NCBI RefSeq assembly: GCF_006345805.1
Contig: NC_042997.1
Span: forward strand, 372,001-436,000
Length of the DNA: 64,000 nucleotides
Direction of reading: 5' to 3'
Source: Octopus sinensis
Lineage: Eukaryota
The notes beneath the pieces are model-generated. The model was not told the origin of the DNA. It ran no database searches and saw only the letters and a list, made by a program, of their open reading frames with translations. Of this stretch, positions 27,622-38,376 are shown piece after piece; position 1 is the stretch's first letter, and each line of letters begins with the position of its first letter. Made by a program: the position numbers and the translations under genes.

Positions 27622-28125
27622 AATAACCTTTGCATTTGATTTTTTAATGTCTCTACCCCCATACTTTCGTGAGTTGAATTGAGCAAACACTATGTGAGAG
27701 AGGTTTTCTTTAAGTATTAGAAATAGTTTTATAAAAGTTTTTTTAGCTGCTATTTCTAATGAGTTCAGTATGCGGCAAAGTAATTTATTTTACTAAGCCC
27801 TTTTATATAATGTAATAATTTGAATTCGCCTTAAATGGTCCCTTTGCATACTGAATACTTGGTGAAATTGATTAATTAATTAATTTTACCCTCAATTGTT
27901 GAAATTATAATTCATCTCTCTATTTAAATGCCTCGGATTTTACCGAAAAAAGCATAGTGTTTGCTGATTTTAGCCCACGCTGGTGGAAAGGGGAGAGCAG
28001 AAATTCTTCGCTTGCATATTTGAGTTTGCTGGCACTGTTAGTTTCGAGCGGATCTTCAGAAGCGATAAGAAGCCGAAAGGGTATGCTCCCACTTTCAGTG
28101 TTTTCAAATCCAAACCAGGGAGTTC

Positions 28126-28178
28126 TGAGCTGATGATAGAAATGTCGATTTTGACTAATCTTGAAACGTACGTTCTCA
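28126..28178 (+). ncRNA. Minimal type I HHR, array copy 5
   Basis: Identical motif, 557 bp downstream of copy 4. Confidence 0.65.
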
Positions 28179-28371
28179 AATAACCTTTGCATTTGATTTT
28201 TTAATGTCTCTACCCCCATACTTTCGTGAGTTAAATTGAGCAAACACTATATGAGAGAGGTTTTCTTTAAGTATTAGAAATAGTTTTATAAAGTTTTTTT
28301 AGCTGCTATTTCTAATGAGTTCAGTATGCGGCAAAGTAATTTATTTTACTAAGCCCTTTTATATAATGTAA

Positions 28372-28426
<55 letters not shown>

Positions 28427-28519
28427 TATAGTGAGAATTTACGAAAAAAATAAAAGACGAAGACGGGTGTGTTAACGTCAGGCAGATGTATTAGTTTAAT
28501 GCTCGGGAAGTGAGAAAGT

Positions 28520-28555
28520 CTTTTACGTTTCGAGCGTACGCTCTTCGACAGAAAG
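28520..28555 (-). ncRNA. Variant minimal HHR-like fold
   Basis: CTTT-CTGTCGA-A-GAGC(GTAC)GCTC-GAA-ACGT-A-AAAG. All three helices are present, but position 6 is U and there is an extra A after A9. Confidence 0.45.
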
Positions 28556-28631
28556 TAACACGGAAAAGATCAGGGAGAGAAAAAATATGTATGCATATAT
28601 ATATATATATATTATATATATATATATATAT

Positions 28632-28664
<33 letters not shown>

Positions 28665-28713
28665 ATAAAATAATTATACACACACACACATATATATATA
28701 CATGTATATATAT

Positions 28714-28765
<52 letters not shown>

Positions 28766-28903
28766 TATGAACGAATGGAGTTGAACGACGAATTAACTTC
28801 AACCGTGTCTTCTCTGATGTGAATTTTGCTACCCAGGTATAGGTTAACCGAATTATCCATAACAAGATAATTCATTCAACTACTCAAATATATATATATA
28901 ATA

Positions 28904-28938
<35 letters not shown>

Positions 28939-28944
<6 letters not shown>

Positions 28945-29180
28945 CCATTTAAGAAACACACAAAAACGGTTAGATTCACTTCAACATTTAAATTTAATTT
29001 GCCAAAATATTTTCGTCGCTTTGAGACCGCGGCCTGTTCAGTGACAAAATTCCGGGCTGCATCTCGGAATTTTCTCAGTGAACATGTCGCTGTCTCAAAC
29101 CGACAAAAATATTTTGGCAAATGAAATTTAAATGTTGAAGTGAATCTAACGGTTTTTGTGTGTTTCTTAAATGACTTATA
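28939..29180. repeat. Fold-back (whole-element inverted repeat) with HHR-like motif in each arm
   Basis: 116-bp arms with 10 mismatches by manual alignment, a ~10-nt spacer, and a left end in (TA)n. Confidence 0.9.
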
Positions 29181-29867
29181 AACACCTTCCACGTTGCAAT
29201 TGTTTTCGTTCTAGCTCACGATCCCATATCAGGTCACTTGCTATGTACGTACATCTCAGTAATATATATATATATATTTAATTATGAATTTAATATATAA
29301 AATGCTTTTTTCTACGCTGACTACCTGATAATTATCATTAACATGATTCTTATCCTTATGTTATGAATATATATATATATATATATAAATATATATATAT
29401 ATGATACGTATTGTGTACGTGTACATGTGTGCGCGTCTGTGCATGCGTGTACTCATATATATTATGCAGAATCACAAAGAGGCATTGTTAAATTTGGAAG
29501 AATACAATTGTTTTTCAATAGTGTCGTTGGCATCAATTCTATGTTTTTATCCACACATCTCATATACAGAGGGGATAACACCCCCCTCTATATATGAAAT
29601 GCCGTACGGCTAAAATGGCCCCGAAGTAGAGTGTTCTGTTTCAGTTCTTCTCTGTGTAGTAGATCAAATATATAATAAGCGGTTTGCGTGTATCGTTTTT
29701 TTTCAATTTTTGTATCTACATCTTCAGTGCTTACAAAACTGAACGAAAGGGCATCAGTACAGTTCAGCAGTTACTTCACCTATTAGGATAGAAAATATGT
29801 CAGTGTTATGAACGGCAATACTATTCTAGATGAATCGTGGCGAGAGGGCTTACTTGTCTATTTACTT

Positions 29868-30069
29868 TTATCTTTTACTTGATTCAGTTATAAGACTGTA
29901 GCAATGCTGGGGCACAGCCTTTAAGGATTTTTAGTCGAAAGTATCGATCCCAGCACTGATTATCTTAAAGCATGGTTCTTATTCTCTCACTCTCTTATGG
30001 CGAACCACTAAATTACAACACCGGTGGTGGAGAGTACAAACAGACGCAAAGTCACATACACACAACACG

Positions 30070-30127
<58 letters not shown>

Positions 30128-30300
30128 CACACTTGTATATACATATATATATACATATACATATGACGGTCTTCTTCCAGTTTCTGATTACAAATTGTCG
30201 ACCCGAGGCTATAGCAGAAGACACATGCCGAAGGTGCCACGAAGTGGGATTGAAACACGGACGATGTGGTTGGGCATGAAGCTTCTTATCACACACCCAC
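29868..30300 (-). mobile_element. SINE (family of 1890-2352), diverged full length
   Basis: Reverse tail, internal (CA)n(TA)n and reverse head are all present. Confidence 0.75.
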
Positions 30301-31702
30301 GCTTTTGTATTTCTAAACCTTAATACAGAATATAAAACATATAAATTCGGTGGATAGACGCATATTAAGGTTTTGCTGTTTTCAAGGCTAGAATATTTTG
30401 ATGGGCGACAAGCGGCCTTTCTGTGATGTCCGATATTGAATTTTACGGCAGATATTCGTCTATCGAAACTGTAGTGGTGATTAATGGGAAGCAGGACAGC
30501 CAGTTCCATGAAATTTGTGAAAAGTAATTCGCTGAAACTGTTTTCCGTGCGATATAAAAGAGTGAAAGAAATAGATAGTCGGAGAGAGGGGTGGTGGTGG
30601 AAGAGAAAGAAAGGTATTGCATAGAAGAAAGAAGCCTGGGTTTAGAAGCAAATGTAATTTCGTGAAGGAAATGTTAGATGGTAAGATTAGTGTTACCAAT
30701 CTAGCAGTGGTGGTGATAATTGCCATCTTACTTTTATTAGCATGGTGAGAGAAGCGATGGTAGATGAATGTTTTAATAGCATGTTAGTGGGACTGTACGT
30801 GTGCTATTTTTTACAGATCTGTGGTGGATTTGGCGGCAAGCTAGAGTCTTGTTGGAAGTGTTATGGTAGTTACAATATTATTAATCTGAGAGTAAAGGAT
30901 ATTCTAAGTGAGATCATCGATCTCGTGGAAGTGTTATGGTTAATCAAGAATGCGGGTGAGCTGGTAATAGGGGTGATAATGCAGTTATGAATCTATAATA
31001 TTTTTGGTAGTTTCTACAAGAACAACTGAACTAAGGCAATTAGCAAAAGTAAGCACTATACATACATGTATCTCCATTACATAAAAAGCATAAGCGACTA
31101 GAAATATTCGTTTGTGTAGAAAATGTCGATGGTTGTATAGTATCGAACTAACTGAAACTGGTAAATAGTTTTCTAGTTTTGAGTTCCGAGATCTTATCCA
31201 AAACATCAAAATTACTGGCAGGCTAATGGAATGAGCGAATGAAGGAATAAATGAATGAAGAAATAACGTACTTTATGATATTTGTCCTATATTCGTATAT
31301 TGATTATATCAGCCAAATAAACCTATTTTACCTGGCCAGTGGGAACTGAACTAAACATTTCCTGCGTCATTTTACTGGAAGATTCTGTGGTTGCTAAGCA
31401 ATTAATTACCTACGACTGATGTTTTATGACACAAAAACAAAAAAATATTTTCTGATCGGAGCTGACTTCACCGCAGTTTTGCACTTTGAGGTCAATACAA
31501 ATTGCTGTAAATTCTTGAATTCAACAATCTAATTTAGATAAAAATTAAAAATCATCATTACCGTTTTCATCATCATTATCATCTTCATCGTCTTCATTCT
31601 ATCCCTTCGCATCACCCCAGCTGCCATTTAATTCTCATCAACATCATTATCAAAATTATTCTTTTCGTCACAGTTGTGTCCACAACCTTCTAGTCTGTAT
31701 GA

Positions 31703-31703
31703 A

Positions 31704-31751
<48 letters not shown>

Positions 31752-31830
31752 TAAAATAATGATAATAATGATGATTATAATGATAAAGATGATAATGGTG
31801 ATAATAATAATAATAAAAATAATAATAACG

Positions 31831-31926
<96 letters not shown>
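31703..31926. repeat. (AAT)n switching to (ATT)n microsatellite
   Basis: Direct reading; strand switch near 31883. Confidence 0.9.
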
Positions 31927-31929
<3 letters not shown>

Positions 31930-32450
31930 CCTCCACTGGCTACTATTCCGTAAGTATGGATATGAGGTTACGCGTGCTTGGTACCAACATACACCGGAAA
32001 AAGTAATGGACGAAAAAGGGAAGGCAAAAATCCCCTGGCACTTTGACTTCCAGACAGACAAGGTACTAGTGCCCTGAAGGCCGGATATAATAATCTTTAG
32101 GAGTGCCTAATAACTGACGTGACAGTGCCAGGGATTCAACATATTCTCATGAAAGAAAGAGAAAAGTTTGATAAATATGGAGACCTAAAAATTGAGATTG
32201 CTAAGATGTGGCAGCAACGAGAGTCAAACATAAAGTTTATCCCAATTGGCATCGGAGCATTAGATTCAATACCAGCCAATCTGAAAAAAAAAACCATCTG
32301 AAAACTTTAGAAATACTCTACAATCTAGGTGTATTGCAAAAGTCAGCATTACTTGGAACTGCACGCATATTGCGTAAAGTACTGCCTGCCTGAGGTCCTT
32401 GCGGTGACCTGACAAATTCCCGGTAGAAACAGCACCTAGCTCTCGGGGGA
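31927..32450 (+). mobile_element. 5'-truncated Dong/R4-type LINE (RLE + 3' end)
   Basis: LHWLLFRKYGY..WYQHTPEKV..DFQTDK..RPDII..DVTVP..KYGDLKIEIAKMW..IPIGIGAL..LQKSALLGTARILRKVL. Confidence 0.85.
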
Positions 32451-34310
32451 AATCGCTCAACGCCTCCACTTTCCGTAGGAGTGTCTCTCAGCTCATCGCA
32501 TATAGAAGATACAAGAGTGGGCAAACTTGCGTATCGAGCGCAAAATACTAAACAATTCCGATTGGTGGCCATTGACCTTGACGACCGAGGAGATGGTGCC
32601 ATAAACTGTCGAGATCCAGCTCCTGAAAACCTGCCCCATTGCCAGATATTGATGGTCGACCCTATCGAAAGCTTTCTATTGATCTAACCTGATCAGGCCC
32701 CCACTCGTGCCAGCTTTCCTAGCCACTCCCTCTATGACGTGTCGCATGAAGTGGAAGTTGTCGTGGATAGATCGTTTTTGGATGGAACACGTTTGTACCT
32801 CGCCAATCAGCCCACCGACGACAAGTGGCAACCTCTTCGCTCACACTTTGGCCAAAATTTTTAACTCTGTATTAAGCAGAGTTATGTACCGGAAGTTATC
32901 TATGCTGTACTCCTTGTCCGGGTTCTTTGTCAGCAGAGTCACCACACCTCGGGTTGCCAGTTCAGGTAGACGTTTGCGAAGAGATCGCCGAACAGCTCTG
33001 GAATACTTGTGTACAGCTCATAGGGTAGCTCCTCTGAATCTGGCGATCATCCTCTTATGCAACCAGCCGTGGCTTCCCTTAATCAAGTGGCTGTGATTAG
33101 CCGTTCACAGTAATCCGGCACCCCGTCAATTTGTGCTGCCTCTTGCCCCAGACAGTTGTGCGAAATGCCGGAAAAACTTCGCACATCTTGGAATGGAATA
33201 GAACGTGATTGTTCCGACCCACCAAACACCAGATTATGGTTTTAAGATCATATTTTGCCTTTGTTACCCAAGGCCATCGTACGCTTTCTATCCCTCCGTG
33301 TCTTAGCGAACGCGTCTCAGGCCTGACTACGCAACCTTGCGCTCAAATGATGGTCAAGGTCCAGTTTCCGTGCAAGCACATCGGTCACGATCCCTTTCTT
33401 TCGTTCTTCTTCTAAGTTACTAATTTCTTTTCTACTGTATCTCTTTCTAAAGCTACATACTTATTAAACCTGACTCTTCTTTTATTGCTCTTCTTAAAGG
33501 AAGCCACCCTCTATTATTAATTATTGTCCTCGTCAATGCTCTAAGTTAGCCCTTTAAGCTGGTCCGTCTAAACCTGGCGTGCCGAACGACGCATTCAGCT
33601 TCCAGTATTCGGGCCCCTCTCTGTGTAACCCATTTAGGTCGAACGTTCACATCAAGAATTTGTGGTCTGTGTCGCCGACTATTATGAAATGTGGACACCC
33701 TATGCTATCACTATCACCTACTCTACAGAAAATCTTATCTAAGTACAATCTGGACGACCCGTTGCGGTCTGACCAAGTCCACATTGGCGCGTTGGGATGT
33801 TCAGCTAAAGGGAAACTACTGAGCAGGTTTGAGGCGCTTTTGCACCCCACTTTCCTGCTAGCTATTCCTACATAGTCGATGCGTTCGTCTAAGATACCGT
33901 TTCAGTCCCTCACTAGAGGGACATCCTTAGAAAATAGCCTCTAGACGACTGAAGAGCTCTGACGGACCCCGCCCATTCGGGACATAGACCGCTATTAGTA
34001 GCTTTCCTTGCTTGCCACGTCCAGCACCACACACTTACCCTCCGGATCTATGAAGATGGCCTGTATTGTGAAGTCCAAGCATCTCCGAAACAACACAACA
34101 TCGCATCTCCCTCCCGGTTCCTTTTAGTAATATATGGGGCCTATCTTATTCATTCTTCTTCGCAGGAAGTGTATTACAGCTTTTAATTTAACCTTGATTC
34201 TCGCTTTATTTATTCAGGAAATTTTATAATTTTTATATCCTTCTGCACCTCCGTCTGGCCCTCATCCTCATAAAAGGATAGGATTGTGTAGCAATAAGTG
34301 ATACTCCCTG
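32430..34310 (-). mobile_element. Tx1-like (L1-group) LINE remnant: APE endonuclease + N-terminal RT
   Basis: APE motifs: GKCVVLDV..AVYVPN, WTWSDRNGSSRLYLDKIF..DTDHK. RT motifs: DNFRYITLLNTELKILAKV, RLDQ*KAFDRVDHQYL, VKVNGHQSELF. It breaks off before the YADD motif. Confidence 0.85.
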
Positions 34311-35020
34311 GTCGTTTAATACTAGTTGGTTCTATTATTGGAATCAGTGTCTCTTTTGTTCATATGGGGTGTGGATTGCAGTGGGGTCTTTTAGCTCTCA
34401 TAACCTGTCTAGTGATAAAGACGGAACTATTTTATTCGCCGATTCATGGAGCATAATAGTGGTTTAGGACAGAGAACCACTATCACTTTTCTTTGCTACT
34501 TTTGTCTTTTAAAAATTTTGCGCAAAAGCCTTATAGAGTGTAATAACTGAGTTATCTACTTCGGATAGCATGTTTTCACAACAAGCCATAATTCTGATAT
34601 AGAACTACATATTTCTCGTATTGTTATGTGGTCTTGCACCATAAAGAGAATTTGTATACCAGCGGTGAACGCAGCTGTAAAAAGCCCTGGTCGAATTCTC
34701 CTCCTGATCATACTGTGCAATTTAGGCTACTACAAGCGCAGCAGGATTTGAAGTTATAATAATGATTTATGATTTATGTGCAAGGTCAGACATTTTGAGA
34801 TGAGTGACTTAACCAATTATATCGAACCCCTGTGCTTTACTGGTGCTCTGTTTTGGTGATACCGAAAGAATGAAATGCAAAGATAGCCTAAGCATTTTCC
34901 GACATTGTAAGAACTCTGCTAATTCTCCGCCCCTAGTTATAGTAATGATGATGATGATGAGGATAACGATGGTGGTGATAATAAAAACACAAGCACAATA
35001 ACAGCAAAATAAAAGAAATC

Positions 35021-35021
35021 C

Positions 35022-35100
<79 letters not shown>

Positions 35101-35102
35101 GT
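35021..35102. repeat. (AAT)n microsatellite
   Basis: Direct reading. Confidence 0.95.
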
Positions 35103-35159
35103 AATAAAAACACAAACAACAATAATGTTAATAATGATGATTTCAAATTTTTGTCACAA

Positions 35160-35331
35160 AGTCAGCAACTTTGAGAAGGGGTTAAGTCGATTACATCAAC
35201 CCCTGTGTATCATTGATACTTATTTCATCGACCCCGAAATGATGAAAGGTAAAGTCGACCGCAGCGGAATTTGAACTCAGAACGTAGCGACAGGCGAAAT
35301 CCCGCTAACAGTTCTGCCAGGCCTCCGCCTT
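35160..35331 (-). mobile_element. tRNA-derived SINE (family of 8926-9129)
   Basis: aaaggtaaagtcgaccgcagcggaatttgaactcagaacgtagcgacaggcgaaat is the reverse complement of the head. Confidence 0.8.
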
Positions 35332-35421
35332 AACAACAGCAACACCACTTGCACCACCATCGCCACCACCAACACCACCACCAGCATCGCCGCCGCCGCC
35401 GCCGCCGTCGCCACCACCACC

Positions 35422-35453
<32 letters not shown>

Positions 35454-35557
35454 CAACAACAGCAACAACAACACTAACACCACCACAACCACCAACAACA
35501 ACGAAAAACAACAATAATAACGACGACGAAGACAATGACGATGACGACGACGACGAC

Positions 35558-35605
<48 letters not shown>
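35332..35605. repeat. Compound trinucleotide repeat (CAA/CAC/CGC/GAC/GAT)
   Basis: Direct reading. Confidence 0.9.
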
Positions 35606-36171
35606 AAAAATATTGTCTTGGATGTTAACATTATCACCATCAATTTTCCGAGAAATATAATGAGCATAGACGTCATTGCAATATCCAGTTAACGTTTTCA
35701 TATTTCTCGTCGCTCTATCTTTCACTTCAAGTAGCATTGTTAGTAAGCGTGGTGTGGTACTGCGATATTGTTGAAATTTTTATTGTTGTTACGATTTCAA
35801 CTCATCTTTTTTGCATTGAATGTATATTACTGGAGGATCTGAAATTAACATCGCCTCCCATCGAAACATACAGCATTCTTACAAAAATGAACTGCGTTTT
35901 TCCTAGATTCGTATACTATTCGCAAAGGGAAGGGTTTTTATTCTTTAAAATTTTGGTTTACTTGAAACTTCTCTTGTAATAGTCGACGCCATGGGAAGGA
36001 AGGGTGCTTTTGAGACATGTTCCATCTTTCGATGCCATTATTATCATATTAATTACCTTTCGCTTTATTATTATAATTTCTTTCACAGCCAAAGCTGTTC
36101 ACTGGTCAAACGGTTGTTTTTATACACAGTGACTGGCTGAATGTTATTTCCTTTTAATATTCTTACAATTA

Positions 36172-38376
36172 CACTGGTCAACAACCAATTTTCATCAGGG
36201 ATATTATAAGGTGTTTTATATGTAATTTCGTCCGCAGATTTCAAAAATTGAATCCGTTTCCTTCTATCAGGCACAATTTTTCTGATGAGATAACAGGTGT
36301 ATGACTCACATCAGCAGTATTGCTACACATAAACGTCTTATACAGGTAAATTCTGACTTCTGTTTTATAACTATTTGTATTCATTTTGTAATTTTATGTT
36401 TGCATAATCTTTTCTTTTCATAAATTTTCCTTTCTGTTTAAGGTGCCAAGTCATCATCATCATCAAATTCTACTCAGGATGTCAAGGCATTGCAAGAACA
36501 GTCCCGATATATTTTGTCATGTCTGTGGTTCATTTACCACCAAAGCTCAGCAACGCGCCATCACAAGTGAAATCAAGAAGATCTACCAGTTATACTTTGG
36601 CTGCTCTCTCGGGGATCAAGATAAGATTTGGGCCCCGCACATCATCTGCTCAGCTTGTTCAGATGGACTAAGGGATTGGATAAATAAGAGGAAGAGAGCA
36701 ATGCCGTTTGCAATACCTATGATATGGAGATAGCCAAAGGATTATGTGGGTTTACTATAAAGATCAAGTATAAGATTGTGTATCCCAACTTGGAATCAGT
36801 AAGAAGACCAGTACCACACAACGAAGATGATCTTTCTAATACCACCAGAAAATGGCCTTCATATGTCTGACGAAGATGTATTTCCTGAAGAAAATATTAC
36901 TGCTGTGGAAGACACCGAAGTGGATTCAGACTCCACGATTGAAAATGAAGACGTACCACAGAAATTTTCTTAAGGAGAGTTAAATGATTTAGTTAGAGAT
37001 TTGTCATTGCCGAAGGATAAAGTTGAACTATTAGCATCTCGTCAACAAGAACAGTGTCTGCTTAAGAAAGATGCTTGTATTACTCATTTCAGGAAGAGTT
37101 CCAACTGAATGGCGCTTATTCATTGATTTATCTAAGAGAAGCCTCACGGTTGTACTACTACACAACGGCAATAGGAAACCATCCATTTTCATAGGAAATT
37201 CAGTGTACATGAAGGAGTGTTATGAAAACATGCAAGTACTCCTCAATGCCATAAAGTATACAAACTACAGCTGGAAAATATGTGGAGACTTGAAGGTGAT
37301 TGAAATGGTGAAGGGAATGCAACGTGGGTTCACGAAATATTGTTGCTTTTTATGCCTATGGGACAGTCGTGCAACTAACAAACACTATCTGCAATCAAAG
37401 TGGCCTTTGAGAATATCATATTAGCCGGGAGTTTCTAGCGTCCAGAGTAAGCCACTTTTAAACCAAGGAAATGTTGTTCTTCCCCTTCTTCACATAAAGC
37501 TTGGCCTCATGAAACAATTCGTGAAGACACTGGCCAGGGAAAGCTCGAAAGGTTTCGAATATGTGAAGGCCACATTTTCAAAGATCACCGAGCTAAAACC
37601 GAAGGAGGGTGCATTCATAGATCCGCAGATAAAAGAACTCCTGAAGGACAACCACTTCCTCACAGCAGTGGACGAGATTGAGCTTATAGCCTGGGAATCC
37701 TTCGAATGGCTTGGTGAAAATCTCCTAGGCAACAAGAGATCTCTAGAGTTTAGAAGTGGAATTAAATGTCTTCTAGACTCCTACGCTGTAATGCACTGTC
37801 GGATGTCACTAAAAGTCCATTTTCATGATTCACATCTGGCCTTTTTTGTAGAGAACCTCGGAGCAGTGTCTGATGAGCAAGGGGGACGCTTTCATCAAGA
37901 TATTGCATTGATGAAACAAATATATCAAGGATTTTGGAATGCCGGAATGTTAGTTGACTACTATTGGATGTTATACAGGGATGAACCTGAGACAAAACAC
38001 CATAGAAAGTCCAAATCCCAAAGATTTTAAGTTGTTATGCATTTTGGTGTATTCTAAGAGAAGCCTCACGGTTGTACTACTACACAACGGCAATAAGAAA
38101 CCATCCATTTTCATAGGAAATTCAGTGTAAATGAAGGATAATTTTAATTTTTTACAATAAAAAGCCATAAAATTGTCGTATCTTGTATTCAATATACCTT
38201 ATATAGGCATGCTTTATGTATCCTATAAGTTAAAACAGAAGGTATCATTGACATGAAAATGTGACCTGATAGAGGGAATCGGACTCCAGATTCGTAATCA
38301 GCATCAAAAATTAACCCACCAAAGTCAATCTGCAACTCTGATGAATAAAAAGAAAGTTTCATTTTGTTGACCAGTG
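36172..38376 (+). mobile_element. Chapaev3 (CMC superfamily) DNA transposon, both ends intact, transposase disrupted
   Basis: 13-bp TIR CACTGGTCAACAA / TTGTTGACCAGTG, with a TTA TSD at 36169-71 and 38377-79. The transposase has typical motifs. Confidence 0.9.
36479..38030 (+). pseudogene. Chapaev3 transposase
   Basis: CHVCG..FGCSLGDQDKIWAPHIIC..C, EWRLFID..LLHNGN, ICGDLKV, CCFLCLWDSRA, LHIKLGLMKQFVK, MSLKVHF..SHL, LGAVSDEQGGRFHQDI. Contains stops, frameshifts and internal deletions. Confidence 0.9.

Larger units (their letters stand above)
25351..28375. repeat. Tandem + inverted array of a ~557-bp HHR-bearing unit
   Basis: Two units plus a partial copy run from 25351 to 26612, then a 20-nt spacer (26613-26632), then the inverted series from 26633 to 28375. 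Period is 557-558 bp, and (TA)n flanks both ends. Confidence 0.95.

Noticed and set aside
25563-28243. 60-108 aa ORFs repeated in the array units
   Set aside because: No recognisable domain on either strand, and frames differ between copies through 1-bp indels; treated as non-coding.
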